Source of the DNA: Nitrospirota bacterium
GTDB lineage: Bacteria; Nitrospirota; Nitrospiria; SBBL01; JAADHI01
Direction of reading: 5' to 3'
NCBI GenBank assembly: GCA_029261215.1
Contig: JAJDBT010000096.1
Location: forward strand, 2,366 to 66,365
DNA: 64,000 bases
The notes under the pieces: model-generated
Databases searched by the model: none
The model's input: the letters and a program-made list of their open reading frames with translations, nothing else
What the model was told of the DNA's origin: nothing
Program-made: the position numbers and the translations under genes
Part shown: piece by piece, positions 19,880 to 28,627 of the stretch
How the letters are laid out: each line of letters begins with the position of its first letter
Numbering within the stretch: position 1 is the stretch's first letter

Positions 19880-20119
19880 CTATTCCAGCATTTCATCTAA
19901 CATTTGTGATCCATCCATCCTTTCAATAAAATGCTGCGCCCAGGTGAGGTAAAGACGGCCCGCATCTTTCATTGCAAGCACACCATGTTCCAAGCTTTTG
20001 ATATCCCCCTCATCAACACCCTCTTTAGCAAGGGAAATGAGTCTTGACTCAAAAACATGATTTAATTTTTCCATCGATTCAAGAACACCCGCCAATGATT
20101 TTTCAATATTGTCTTCCAT
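19880..20119 (-). CDS. Hypothetical 79-aa acidic helical protein, first gene of the apparent mglBA transcription unit
   Basis: The ORF lies between the oxidoreductase operon terminator (20161-20193) and mglB, on the same strand. No recognisable domain. Confidence 0.45.
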   Translation of the reverse strand: MEDNIEKSLAGVLESMEKLNHVFESRLISLAKEGVDEGDIKSLEHGVLAMKDAGRLYLTWAQHFIERMDGSQMLDEMLE

Positions 20120-20160
20120 TTTTATTTCCTCCCGAAAAATACATACAAAAACACATTATG

Positions 20161-20193
20161 AAAAAAAAATCCCATCACTCGAAAGTGATGGGA
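20161..20193 (-). terminator. Rho-independent terminator of the oxidoreductase operon
   Basis: A perfect 10-bp stem (tcccatcact / agtgatggga) with a 4-nt loop. On the minus strand a run of 9 T follows (20169-20161). Confidence 0.7.
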
Positions 20194-20219
20194 CAGAACA
20201 GTTCAAAACTACATGGGCT

Positions 20220-20432
20220 TTAGCGATGCACTAAAGTAATGGCATTATGTTTGGCAGAGCTACAGACAACGACACAGAGCTCACAGCCCTTACACCGCTG
20301 TTCCACGACCTCAGCCACCCTGTTTTCTTTATTAAACATGATTGTGTTGGCCTCAGGACAATACATAATACAAAGACGACACCCTTTGTTCGCAACACAT
20401 AGATCATCAATTACTTCTGCAACAGCATACAT
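20220..20432 (-). CDS. 2x[4Fe-4S] ferredoxin-like small subunit of 2-oxoacid:ferredoxin oxidoreductase
   Basis: Two Cys clusters, CxxCxxCxxxCP-like (CRLCIMYCP) and CKGCELCVVVC. The protein is 70 aa and is the last gene of the operon. Confidence 0.8.
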   Translation of the reverse strand: MYAVAEVIDDLCVANKGCRLCIMYCPEANTIMFNKENRVAEVVEQRCKGCELCVVVCSSAKHNAITLVHR

Positions 20433-20456
20433 TCAGATTTCTCCCTCAAGTATAGA

Positions 20457-21143
20457 TTAAACCAACATCGGCGTCTTAAGTGTTTCGGCCCACTCTGCTC
20501 CCAAGTCATAAACGCGTCTGATCGTATCCATGTTTTTCTTTAAGAGCTGCGCTTTTTTTGCAAACTTTTTCTTGATGGCTTCATCAAGCGTTGCAGTTCC
20601 ACCCGATGCAACATATTTCTTCCCAAAACGATCTTCAATTGCAAGTTCCATCGCATCAAGGCCAACAATTTTTGTCGCACCCATTAAAGCGCCCAACATC
20701 CCCATATTGGTCGCAAGTTCTGTCCCCGCAATCTCTACAGCCAATGTTGTCGCCGGAATATAAAAAATGGGAATATTTTGCTCTTCAAGAAAGCGAATAT
20801 CGTCTTTCTCAAGCGGAAGCGGCTCATCAGAGTTGATAATTAAAAGCCCACCTGGCTTGATCCCCTCATAAAAAGGCATCGTATAGCACTTCCCCATCGT
20901 AATCACTTGAGGATGAAAAACCATGATGACATCAGGATAGACCAGTTCTCCTCGGTCATAGATCTTCTCTTCGGCCATTCTCACATAACTTTCTGCGGGG
21001 GCCATCCTTTTTTCAGCTCCAAAAAAGGGATTTGAAATAGCAAACTTTCCTTCTTTAGATGCTGCTGTCGCCAAGACATGTGCAGATGTCACAACACCTT
21101 GACCTCCGAGTCCGGACATCCTCAAATTAACACGCTTCCTCAT
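20457..21143 (-). CDS. 2-oxoacid:ferredoxin oxidoreductase gamma subunit
   Basis: The N-terminal GLGGQGVVTSAHVLA motif is typical of POR/KOR gamma subunits. Confidence 0.85.
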   Translation of the reverse strand: MRKRVNLRMSGLGGQGVVTSAHVLATAASKEGKFAISNPFFGAEKRMAPAESYVRMAEEKIYDRGELVYPDVIMVFHPQVITMGKCYTMPFYEGIKPGGLLIINSDEPLPLEKDDIRFLEEQNIPIFYIPATTLAVEIAGTELATNMGMLGALMGATKIVGLDAMELAIEDRFGKKYVASGGTATLDEAIKKKFAKKAQLLKKNMDTIRRVYDLGAEWAETLKTPMLV

Positions 21144-21193
21144 TTAAAACTCCTTACGTTTAAAAGTTGACCATCCTGCCAGGATTCCAAGTT

Positions 21194-22078
21194 TCAGGCA
21201 GTAATTGCCTTTTTCTTCTTTTTCTTTGGATCTATGGTTTCAAGATACGCTTTCGCCTCTTCAGAAATGTATTCCTCAAACTCAAACCGCTTATTGGGTC
21301 CTTCTGAGTCCCTCATTTCCTGAAGCCCTTCCATCATCTGCTTTCCAATTTCCAAAATACAAGGAGTATAGAGCTGGATGTAAGTCGGGCCAACCTCTCT
21401 TGCGATCAAGATGGCCTGGCGAATCGCTTTTTCAACACGGTTCGGCTTGCTTACTGTCATTTTTGCGACATAGTGACAACCTGAAACTTTTGCAATTTCA
21501 GGAAGATTCACTTTATCAAACTTTTTACCGGCAGGTGCCATTTTGGCGACAAAGCCTTTCTGCATCAGGCCGCTTGATTGTCCTCCTGTATTGGCATAAA
21601 GCTCATTATCAAAACAGATAGTTGTGAATTTTTCTTGACGGAACCAGGATTGAAGGGTCATATCCAGACCAATATCCACTGTCGCACCATCTCCTGCCAA
21701 AACAACGACGTCTTTCACCTTATCCGGGAAACGATAAGAAAGTGCTCGCTTCAAACCAGAAGCCACGGCGTTCTGATTTCCAAAAAGCGAATGAATATTG
21801 TGGACTGCAACATGAGGAAATACAAGGCTGGTGCACCCTGTAGAGCCGACCATGATCGTATCTTCAGGTGCAGGCAGACAGGCAAGTACGTATCTGAAGG
21901 CAATTGACTCAGGGCAGCCCGCACAAAGAGAATGTTCCTCAATTAACTCCTTGGATTCTCCTACGTCCTTCCAGCCTCGATCTTCCTTACCATAAGTTCC
22001 TTCTTCAACCAGTTCTTGATACTCCACCGGCATAATATCGTAAAACTCTGGGTTGATCTTTATTTTTTCCTTACCCAT
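21194..22078 (-). CDS. 2-oxoacid:ferredoxin oxidoreductase beta (TPP-binding) subunit
   Basis: CAGCPE, GSTGC and the TPP motif LAGDGATVDIGL...NELYANTGGQ. I start at ATG 22078 (MGKEKIK), which overlaps the alpha-subunit stop by 8 nt. Confidence 0.88.
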   Translation of the reverse strand: MGKEKIKINPEFYDIMPVEYQELVEEGTYGKEDRGWKDVGESKELIEEHSLCAGCPESIAFRYVLACLPAPEDTIMVGSTGCTSLVFPHVAVHNIHSLFGNQNAVASGLKRALSYRFPDKVKDVVVLAGDGATVDIGLDMTLQSWFRQEKFTTICFDNELYANTGGQSSGLMQKGFVAKMAPAGKKFDKVNLPEIAKVSGCHYVAKMTVSKPNRVEKAIRQAILIAREVGPTYIQLYTPCILEIGKQMMEGLQEMRDSEGPNKRFEFEEYISEEAKAYLETIDPKKKKKKAITA

Positions 22079-23270
22079 GGACAGTCTCCTTTTTCTTTGC
22101 AAGTACTTTTTTAATTTCTGTGACAATCACTTCAGGAGGCATGGTCATTCCACCTGCCACATGAGGACCCGCAATCACGCGATGATTATCCGGAATTGTA
22201 GACTTGATTTCACGTGCCATCCAACCTGCAACATTAAATTCAGGCACAAAGATGATTTTTGCATTTTTTGTTGCCTGACGAACTTCCTCATATGGAAACG
22301 GTCGAATCGTCTTAATCTTCACAATGCCCACTTTAATCCCCTCTTCAGCCAGAAGACGCTTTGCTTCTCGTCCCTGGGCTACTGCTGTTCCTGAAGAAAC
22401 AATGAGTATTTCAGCATCCGAATTATCCTCTTCGATCAAGCCTCCCAAAAGCCGAATTGTGTGTTTTCTCGATCGCTCACAAGCGGCACGCGTCTCTTGC
22501 TGCCAACTCGCTTGTGTTGCATAACTAATATAGTTACTTTTCATCACAAAAGGATCCCGCATCATACGGACAGGGGGAGATTCCATATCCATGGCAGGCA
22601 TTGGGTTACGGTAAGGATTATAAGGGGGAATAACAAAGTCAGCCGATGGAATCAAGACATCATCCTTTGTGTGGCTCACAAAAAACCCGTCGATACAAAC
22701 TGCAATCGGCAGATGAACATCTGGCTCTTCAGCCACCAAAAATCCTTTGAGGAGAAAATCAAAAAATTCTTGCGCAGATTCAGCATGCCAGATCAACATC
22801 CCGGTATCAATGATCAAGCCAATTTCCAAAGTATCCGGCTGGATACTTAATGGAGAGTTCACACCCCGAACCATCATATTCAACATGATTGGAAGCCTGG
22901 AACCGACCCACATCGGAAAGTTTTCATAAGCCCTGAGTGTTCCTGGCCCTGAGGTTGTCGTAAAAACACGAGCACCCCCAAAGGAAGCGCCAGCGCACTC
23001 AGACATCACTGCGAATTCATTTTCTCCACGAAAATATTCGCCAACATAACCCTCCACATAGAGATCCCCGACCATTGCAGCGGCTTCACTCTGAGGGGTG
23101 ATCGGATATGCGATCGATACATCGACATTCGCCCGTTTAATCGCTTCACGAACAACTTCACTTCCTGTCATAAAGTGACGTTCCCTCGGCGCTTCGAAAA
23201 AAAGATAGTCCGGGTCAACAATTTTTTGACCCTTTTTATTATATGTGCCAATCAGAGATTTTGAATCCAT
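22071..23270 (-). CDS. 2-oxoacid:ferredoxin oxidoreductase alpha subunit
   Basis: MTGSEVVREAIKRANVDVSIAYPITPQSE and TTTSGPG motifs are typical of POR/KOR alpha subunits. Confidence 0.88.
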   Translation of the reverse strand: MDSKSLIGTYNKKGQKIVDPDYLFFEAPRERHFMTGSEVVREAIKRANVDVSIAYPITPQSEAAAMVGDLYVEGYVGEYFRGENEFAVMSECAGASFGGARVFTTTSGPGTLRAYENFPMWVGSRLPIMLNMMVRGVNSPLSIQPDTLEIGLIIDTGMLIWHAESAQEFFDFLLKGFLVAEEPDVHLPIAVCIDGFFVSHTKDDVLIPSADFVIPPYNPYRNPMPAMDMESPPVRMMRDPFVMKSNYISYATQASWQQETRAACERSRKHTIRLLGGLIEEDNSDAEILIVSSGTAVAQGREAKRLLAEEGIKVGIVKIKTIRPFPYEEVRQATKNAKIIFVPEFNVAGWMAREIKSTIPDNHRVIAGPHVAGGMTMPPEVIVTEIKKVLAKKKETVHG

Positions 23271-23328
23271 CTCTTACCTCCTCAGTTATCAAATAATTGA
23301 TAATACAATCAAAAAATTCTACCTTTAT

Positions 23329-23922
23329 CTAAAAATCGCCAGAAGCCTTCACCCGCCTGACTGTTTCGGTCAATCTATTAATTTTATCCGGAGAAGCATC
23401 ACGAAAAGTCAGCATCGCATCTTCGTGTCCTGCCTGAGCACACATCGCGATGGTGTAACAGTCCGTTCCCCCACGAATAATTTTCAATGAAAGGTTTGCC
23501 ATATGGCAATGCACCCCAACAAACATACAGACATCTATTTTGTTATGCCATATTGTGAGATTAGGATGGTTCGGGTTAATTTCGATCGCAGGATTAATTT
23601 TTGGGTATTTCGGGCGATAATCAGGCATAGGGATATGGAGTGCGCCGGGGTTATGGGCCTTTAAAACATCATATAATGCCTTGATTGCCACTGCCTTTTT
23701 TGCAGCATTTTCATTCCAATTCCATAAAACAAGCGGCCCTGGAAATAGTGTGGGCACCTTTGCCGTGAGAAACTGCCTCGCCGCTGCTTCCATTACGAGA
23801 TCCTCATGAACAATCTCACCATGAATCAAACCTTGGCCCGGATCAGGAAGAACAACGCCCTCACAAGCTGCAGCAGGTGGTAAAAATGCTTCCGGACCTT
23901 TCATAACACTGTATTTTGACAT
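23329..23922 (-). CDS. Probable fifth subunit of a five-subunit-type 2-oxoacid:ferredoxin oxidoreductase
   Basis: A 197-aa ORF that is first in the operon, 58 nt upstream of alpha. The assignment rests on position and size compared with my recollection of five-subunit enzymes of Hydrogenobacter. I see no catalytic motif. Confidence 0.5.
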   Translation of the reverse strand: MSKYSVMKGPEAFLPPAAACEGVVLPDPGQGLIHGEIVHEDLVMEAAARQFLTAKVPTLFPGPLVLWNWNENAAKKAVAIKALYDVLKAHNPGALHIPMPDYRPKYPKINPAIEINPNHPNLTIWHNKIDVCMFVGVHCHMANLSLKIIRGGTDCYTIAMCAQAGHEDAMLTFRDASPDKINRLTETVRRVKASGDF

Positions 23923-24265
23923 TAACCGAATCCCTTCTTTTCTTTAACTTCTACTTTTATGGTTGATGATAAAAAACATCCCTGCAAAAAAACATCACTT
24001 CATTGAATCAGGAAGCATACGCCCTGTAGAAAAATCGATCACCAGCAGGAGACTCCTGATTCAAGCAGCGTTTCACATCATAACTTTCAAATTGCGTAAT
24101 GAGGGAAATCTTGTGAAGAGCCATCACAGAAAATTCGTTCCTAAGGGGGATAATTAAAGTAGACAACATATCAGAAAAATAGCATAGCCTTTCTCGCCAA
24201 GTCAACGAGTTTTCATCTATTTTTCTGTGACCTATCATTTTGATATTTATAATAATTTTTGCCTT

Positions 24266-24802
24266 CTATTGACCCGAAATGTCCTGATTTGAGAGATCGA
24301 ATCCCTCTAAAAGCGCGACCAATTCACCCAGTTTTTCAGTGATCTCATTCTTTATTCTTAGAATATCTTGATCCTTGCCCTCAAGTTCTCTCTGAAATCT
24401 TGTAACACCTTTTTCTGTCTTTTTAAGGATTTGCGCGTATTCGCGCTCCAATTTGACAATTTCACCTTTGATAATGGCCTCAAACTGTCCTCCCATTTCT
24501 TCGGCAAGAGAAAGGGTTTCTTTCAATGACGAAGCGGAGTCTGTTAATGCGGGTTTCTTTTCTTGATGCCCTCGCCTTAAGGTGAGCAGGTCGCCTTGAA
24601 GTGACGTAAGACGACTCCTCAAATCAAAAACCTGCTTTTCAAGAATTTCCCGACGCTGCGTCTCTACCTCAAGTGCTTTAGAGAGAGATCGATTTTCTGC
24701 GACTTGCTCCTCAAATTTCTGATTGGAGACACACGCTCCTAATAAGCAGAAGATCAGTCCCACAGAGAAAACAGATATGCACCTTGATAAAATGGGCCTC
24801 AC
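24266..24802 (-). CDS. Coiled-coil lipoprotein, unknown function
   Basis: Signal peptide with lipobox LLGAC. The remainder is heptad-rich (EILEKQVFDLRSRLTSLQGDLLTL). Confidence 0.55.
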   Translation of the reverse strand: MRPILSRCISVFSVGLIFCLLGACVSNQKFEEQVAENRSLSKALEVETQRREILEKQVFDLRSRLTSLQGDLLTLRRGHQEKKPALTDSASSLKETLSLAEEMGGQFEAIIKGEIVKLEREYAQILKKTEKGVTRFQRELEGKDQDILRIKNEITEKLGELVALLEGFDLSNQDISGQ

Positions 24803-25170
24803 CTAAAATATTTACCTTGTTTTATTGAATAAAAAAACACAACATAGACAAGAACCACCGCAAAACATCAACGACAAAAGAAACCCATCATCGCCTACCG
24901 AAAAATCCCTTGTCAACTCGATACACATTTTTTATGAACTTGATGAATTGAAATGAGAAGACCTCCAATGACTGAAATCATTCTTATTTCCAATCGACTT
25001 AATTATAGCGCAAAAAAACAAAATCCGAGAAAACCTTCTGAAGCGGGGGTTGATTTAATCACAAGAAACACGAAAGGCGGCACACGAGACTGGGTTTTTA
25101 CTCCACTTAGATAAAGTGTGACTTCATTTAGTGTACAACGGCAGATATTTTATTGGAACAAAACGATCTT

Positions 25171-25259
25171 TGGTGCCGAAGGCCGGAATCGAACCGGCAC
25201 GCTCCTTGCGGTGCGAGGGATTTTAAGTCCCTTGCGTCTACCAATTCCGCCACTCCGGC
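25171..25259 (-). tRNA. tRNA-Leu (anticodon UAA)
   Basis: Folded by hand. Acceptor GCCGGAG/CTTCGGC has one G-U pair. Anticodon stem AGGGA/TCCCT with loop CTTAAAA. The variable arm is long. T-arm is GCCGG-TTCGATT-CCGGC and a CCA is encoded. Confidence 0.9.
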
Positions 25260-25404
25260 GCCCAAAAGATTACACAGACAGGGGTATTTTTTTCATCAGT
25301 AAATGAGTCCGGGCCGATGAAAGGTCAAGCTTATATCAGCTTCGAGACTTATCAGTCAAGATGACAGCACACGCTTTGTCCCCCAGAGTGATTCTATGGT
25401 GAGC

Positions 25405-25779
25405 CTATCGATTTATTTGTGGGATCAAAATCATGCCCCAAGTAAACAGGACATTCAATATCGCAAACATCACAGCCGCCGACCCAGCATCTTTTGCTTT
25501 TTTGGATAAGGGGTGCTGTTCTGTCCCGATACGATCAACTGCGGCTTCAATGGCTGTGTTGAGAAACTCGACGATTAAAACCATCAACAAGCTTCCGATC
25601 ATCAACACAATTTCAGTCGGGGTCTGTCCCAGCCAAAAAGCCAAGGGCAAACAAACCGCAAGAAGCACCAATTCCTGACGGAAAGCCGCTTCATCGCAAT
25701 ATGTTGCTTTTAATCCGGAAAGAGACCACTTGATCGCATGAATGAAATGATTTATCCCGCTTTTTTTTTGATTTTCCAT
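25405..25779 (-). CDS. dgkA: Diacylglycerol kinase (prokaryotic DgkA type)
   Basis: A 124-aa protein with three TM segments. AAFRQELV and EFLNTAIEAAVDRIG motifs. Confidence 0.88.
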   Translation of the reverse strand: MENQKKSGINHFIHAIKWSLSGLKATYCDEAAFRQELVLLAVCLPLAFWLGQTPTEIVLMIGSLLMVLIVEFLNTAIEAAVDRIGTEQHPLSKKAKDAGSAAVMFAILNVLFTWGMILIPQINR

Positions 25780-25807
25780 GCGACGCCTTACCCTGAATGA
25801 CTCGTAT

Positions 25808-28627
25808 TTACCCTAATAAAACTTCTTCAATATGGCTCGCAATGGATAAGCGGACGGCATCTCGAAGCCGGACGACTTCACGCCATTCCTTCCCCTCCGG
25901 TTGGATCGCCGCACAGTAAGTCATCGAAACGGGCGTCCGTGCAGGCAGCCATTCACCATCTCTTAGAAATTCACGTGTTCCTTTAAGCACAACCGGAACA
26001 AGCGGCCTTCCTGTTTCGACCGAAACCTTGAATGCACCCAGTTTAAAAAGTCTCAAGCCCGCTGTGGCACGAAAAGTCCCTTCCGGAAAGATCAGCACCG
26101 ACCCTCCTCCATTTAAACAGGACTCGATTTTTTCGGTCTCGGAGCGGCCCGATGCGACATTTTGACGATCTACGGTAATATGTTGCCCTTTTCTTAAAAA
26201 GGTCTTTAGAACCGGAACTTTTAACAACTCCTGCTTTGCGACAAAATGCACCCCTGCCGGAAGACTCGAAATAAGAAAAATGACATCAAGATAGCTCGCA
26301 TGGTTCGCAATCCAGATCACAGGCATTTTTTCATGAACAGGCTCAATCCCCTTGACGCCCTGAATCATCGGGGTTGCACCCGCCAAGCTCAAAAACAAGC
26401 GCGCGCCTTTTTTGAGAAAAACCCCAGTCATTTTTGAGGGGGTTATCAGCACAAAAAACCAGAGCGGAATGATGATCATAATGAGGAGGACGGCAAGATA
26501 AGCCGCGTACAACAGACGGCACGCTTTTGAAAATCCACGGGCACCCCAGAGTCTGATCCAGGTCACAAAAAGACTGAACACCTGAAACGAAACACGCTGA
26601 GGCCGTTTCAAGAGTTCCCCTTTTAAATAGGATGCCCGGCAGGCAGACCTTGCAATCTTTCCGCTTGATGTTTTTAGCACACTCCCAGGCGGAACGAGAC
26701 ATAGGAGGTCTGCCGGCAGACCAATCGTATCAACAATACGTTTATTAATGGCGGCGCTTAAAGCAGTTTTCTCCATGTCAGATGTTTTACGGGTCTCGAT
26801 CACGACCACTAATTTTTCGGTGCCAAGCCCTTCATCCGGAATACCAAATGCCGCGATACAGCCTTTTCTAACCCCCTGAACCTCTGCAACAACCCCTTCA
26901 ATTTCATGGGGATGAAGGTTTCGGCCTCCTTTAATAATCAAATCTTTCTGTCGGCCGGAAATAAACAGTTCACCATCAGCGATATAACCCAAGTCACCAG
27001 AAACAAGCCAATCTCCATGAAATAGAGAAGCGGTCATTTCCATATTTCGATAATAGCCTGAAGTACAGGAAGGACCTCTAAATTCAATATGCCCCTCCAC
27101 CCGCTCCCCCAGCACAACACCTGTTTCATCTACAATTCTGATTTCATGCTCAGGAAGCGCCATCCCGCACGAGACAAATTCCAGAGCATTTAAATCAGAC
27201 GGTTTTGCTGGAAAAGCTTCCCGTTTTTTCTGAAATCGTTCCCGCATAATTTTATCCGTTCGCGGGGGACGATCCAGCGGCGGGAAAGCAAGGCCCACCG
27301 ATGCTTCGGCCATGCCATAAACCGGGAGATGCGTCTCAGGGCGAAAACCATAAGGGGCAAAACGTTTGGTAAAGCGTCTCAGTGTTTCCGGGTTAATCGG
27401 CTCGGCCCCATTTAAGGCAATGCGCCAAGCGCTTAAATCCAGGCCTTCAAGGACATCATCACGCAGTTTTTTTGAACAGATTTCATAGGCAAAGTTGGGT
27501 GCGGCCGAGAGCGTTCCCCCATATCGATGGAGTGTCCACAACCATTTTTCAGGCCGACTGAGAAAACTCATCGGAGAAAGAATGGCGATGGGTATCCCAT
27601 GAACCATACAAAAAAGCCAGGAGCCGATTAAGCCCATATCATGATAAAGCGGAAGCCAGCTCACACCCACATCCTCGGGAGAAATACGCATCGCCTTTTT
27701 CATGCACCGGATGTTGGCCAACAGGTTTTCGTGCGTCAAATAAACGCCTTTTGGATGGCCTGTACTACCTGAAGTATATTGGATCAGGCCTCCGTCTTTT
27801 TCTCCGATTAAACCCGGCCCAGCATGTTTGTCCCGCCCCAAAGCCGCCAGGGTTTCAGGAATAAGCACAGCCCGTAAACGAGGAAGTCGAGGCCTTAATA
27901 ATTTCGCCAGTTTTTCAACTTTTTGAAAAGTGATGAGATAAACGGCTTCGGCATTTTTCAAAATATGTTCCTGCCGTTGGGCATACACTTCTATTTCATT
28001 GGGCTTGAAGGGCGGATAAACCGGAACCGGGATACCTCCGGCCAAAAGCACGCCCAAAAATGTATAGAAAAAATCTTTTCCCGTTGGGAGCATCATCGCG
28101 ACAGTCTCGCCACGCTTGAGTCCTTTTTCATGTAAACCATTTGCAATTGCGGAAGCGCCAGTGAGCAGGTTTTTATACGTCAAGACGTCTTCTGTTTCCT
28201 GATTCGAGGCCAGATAAATGTGAGCTCTGTCTGGATCCGCTTCGACATGTCTAAGCAATGCCTCGGTCAGGGTTCGCGCCGGACGAATAATCTGCGCTGC
28301 GCCGGTTTTTAAAATGGGAGTACGCGGCTCAATGCGTTTTTTTTCTGATGAACCCACACGAAGAAGAATCGCGGCCAGTTCCGCGGGTGTTTCAGCTTCT
28401 GCAATGGTTGTATCGGGAAGAACGACTGAAAAGTGTGATTCGATGCGAATTAAAAGCTCAACACGTTCAAGGCTCCCAAGCCCCAAATCGCGCTCGAATG
28501 AGGCGCTCGCGGAAAGAAGGCCGACCTCACGATGTGCGCCGTTTTCGATCAAAAGCTGCCGAACAAGCGCCAGCACCTCCTCCTCAACATGGGTTTGATC
28601 CGTTTGGGTCGCTTTTAAAACAGACAT
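25808..28627 (-). CDS. Tri-domain fusion: carrier (PP-binding) domain, fatty acyl-AMP ligase/acyl-ACP-synthetase-like domain, TM segments, lysophospholipid acyltransferase (PlsC/AGPAT)
   Basis: Carrier motif DLGLGSLERVELL. Adenylation motifs YTSGSTGHPKGV, SGDLGYIADGELFISGRQKDLIIKGGRN and KTSSGKI. Hydrophobic stretch LLYAAYLAVLLIMIIIPLWFFVLI. Acyltransferase motifs NHASYLD (HX4D), FPEGT and VPVV. Confidence 0.85.
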   Translation of the reverse strand: MSVLKATQTDQTHVEEEVLALVRQLLIENGAHREVGLLSASASFERDLGLGSLERVELLIRIESHFSVVLPDTTIAEAETPAELAAILLRVGSSEKKRIEPRTPILKTGAAQIIRPARTLTEALLRHVEADPDRAHIYLASNQETEDVLTYKNLLTGASAIANGLHEKGLKRGETVAMMLPTGKDFFYTFLGVLLAGGIPVPVYPPFKPNEIEVYAQRQEHILKNAEAVYLITFQKVEKLAKLLRPRLPRLRAVLIPETLAALGRDKHAGPGLIGEKDGGLIQYTSGSTGHPKGVYLTHENLLANIRCMKKAMRISPEDVGVSWLPLYHDMGLIGSWLFCMVHGIPIAILSPMSFLSRPEKWLWTLHRYGGTLSAAPNFAYEICSKKLRDDVLEGLDLSAWRIALNGAEPINPETLRRFTKRFAPYGFRPETHLPVYGMAEASVGLAFPPLDRPPRTDKIMRERFQKKREAFPAKPSDLNALEFVSCGMALPEHEIRIVDETGVVLGERVEGHIEFRGPSCTSGYYRNMEMTASLFHGDWLVSGDLGYIADGELFISGRQKDLIIKGGRNLHPHEIEGVVAEVQGVRKGCIAAFGIPDEGLGTEKLVVVIETRKTSDMEKTALSAAINKRIVDTIGLPADLLCLVPPGSVLKTSSGKIARSACRASYLKGELLKRPQRVSFQVFSLFVTWIRLWGARGFSKACRLLYAAYLAVLLIMIIIPLWFFVLITPSKMTGVFLKKGARLFLSLAGATPMIQGVKGIEPVHEKMPVIWIANHASYLDVIFLISSLPAGVHFVAKQELLKVPVLKTFLRKGQHITVDRQNVASGRSETEKIESCLNGGGSVLIFPEGTFRATAGLRLFKLGAFKVSVETGRPLVPVVLKGTREFLRDGEWLPARTPVSMTYCAAIQPEGKEWREVVRLRDAVRLSIASHIEEVLLG

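Noticed and set aside
24803-25404. tRNA-Leu as a possible genomic-island integration site.
   Set aside because: No integrase, no direct repeat of the tRNA 3' end, and no mobile genes on either side. The flanking genes (a lipoprotein and dgkA) look like core genes.
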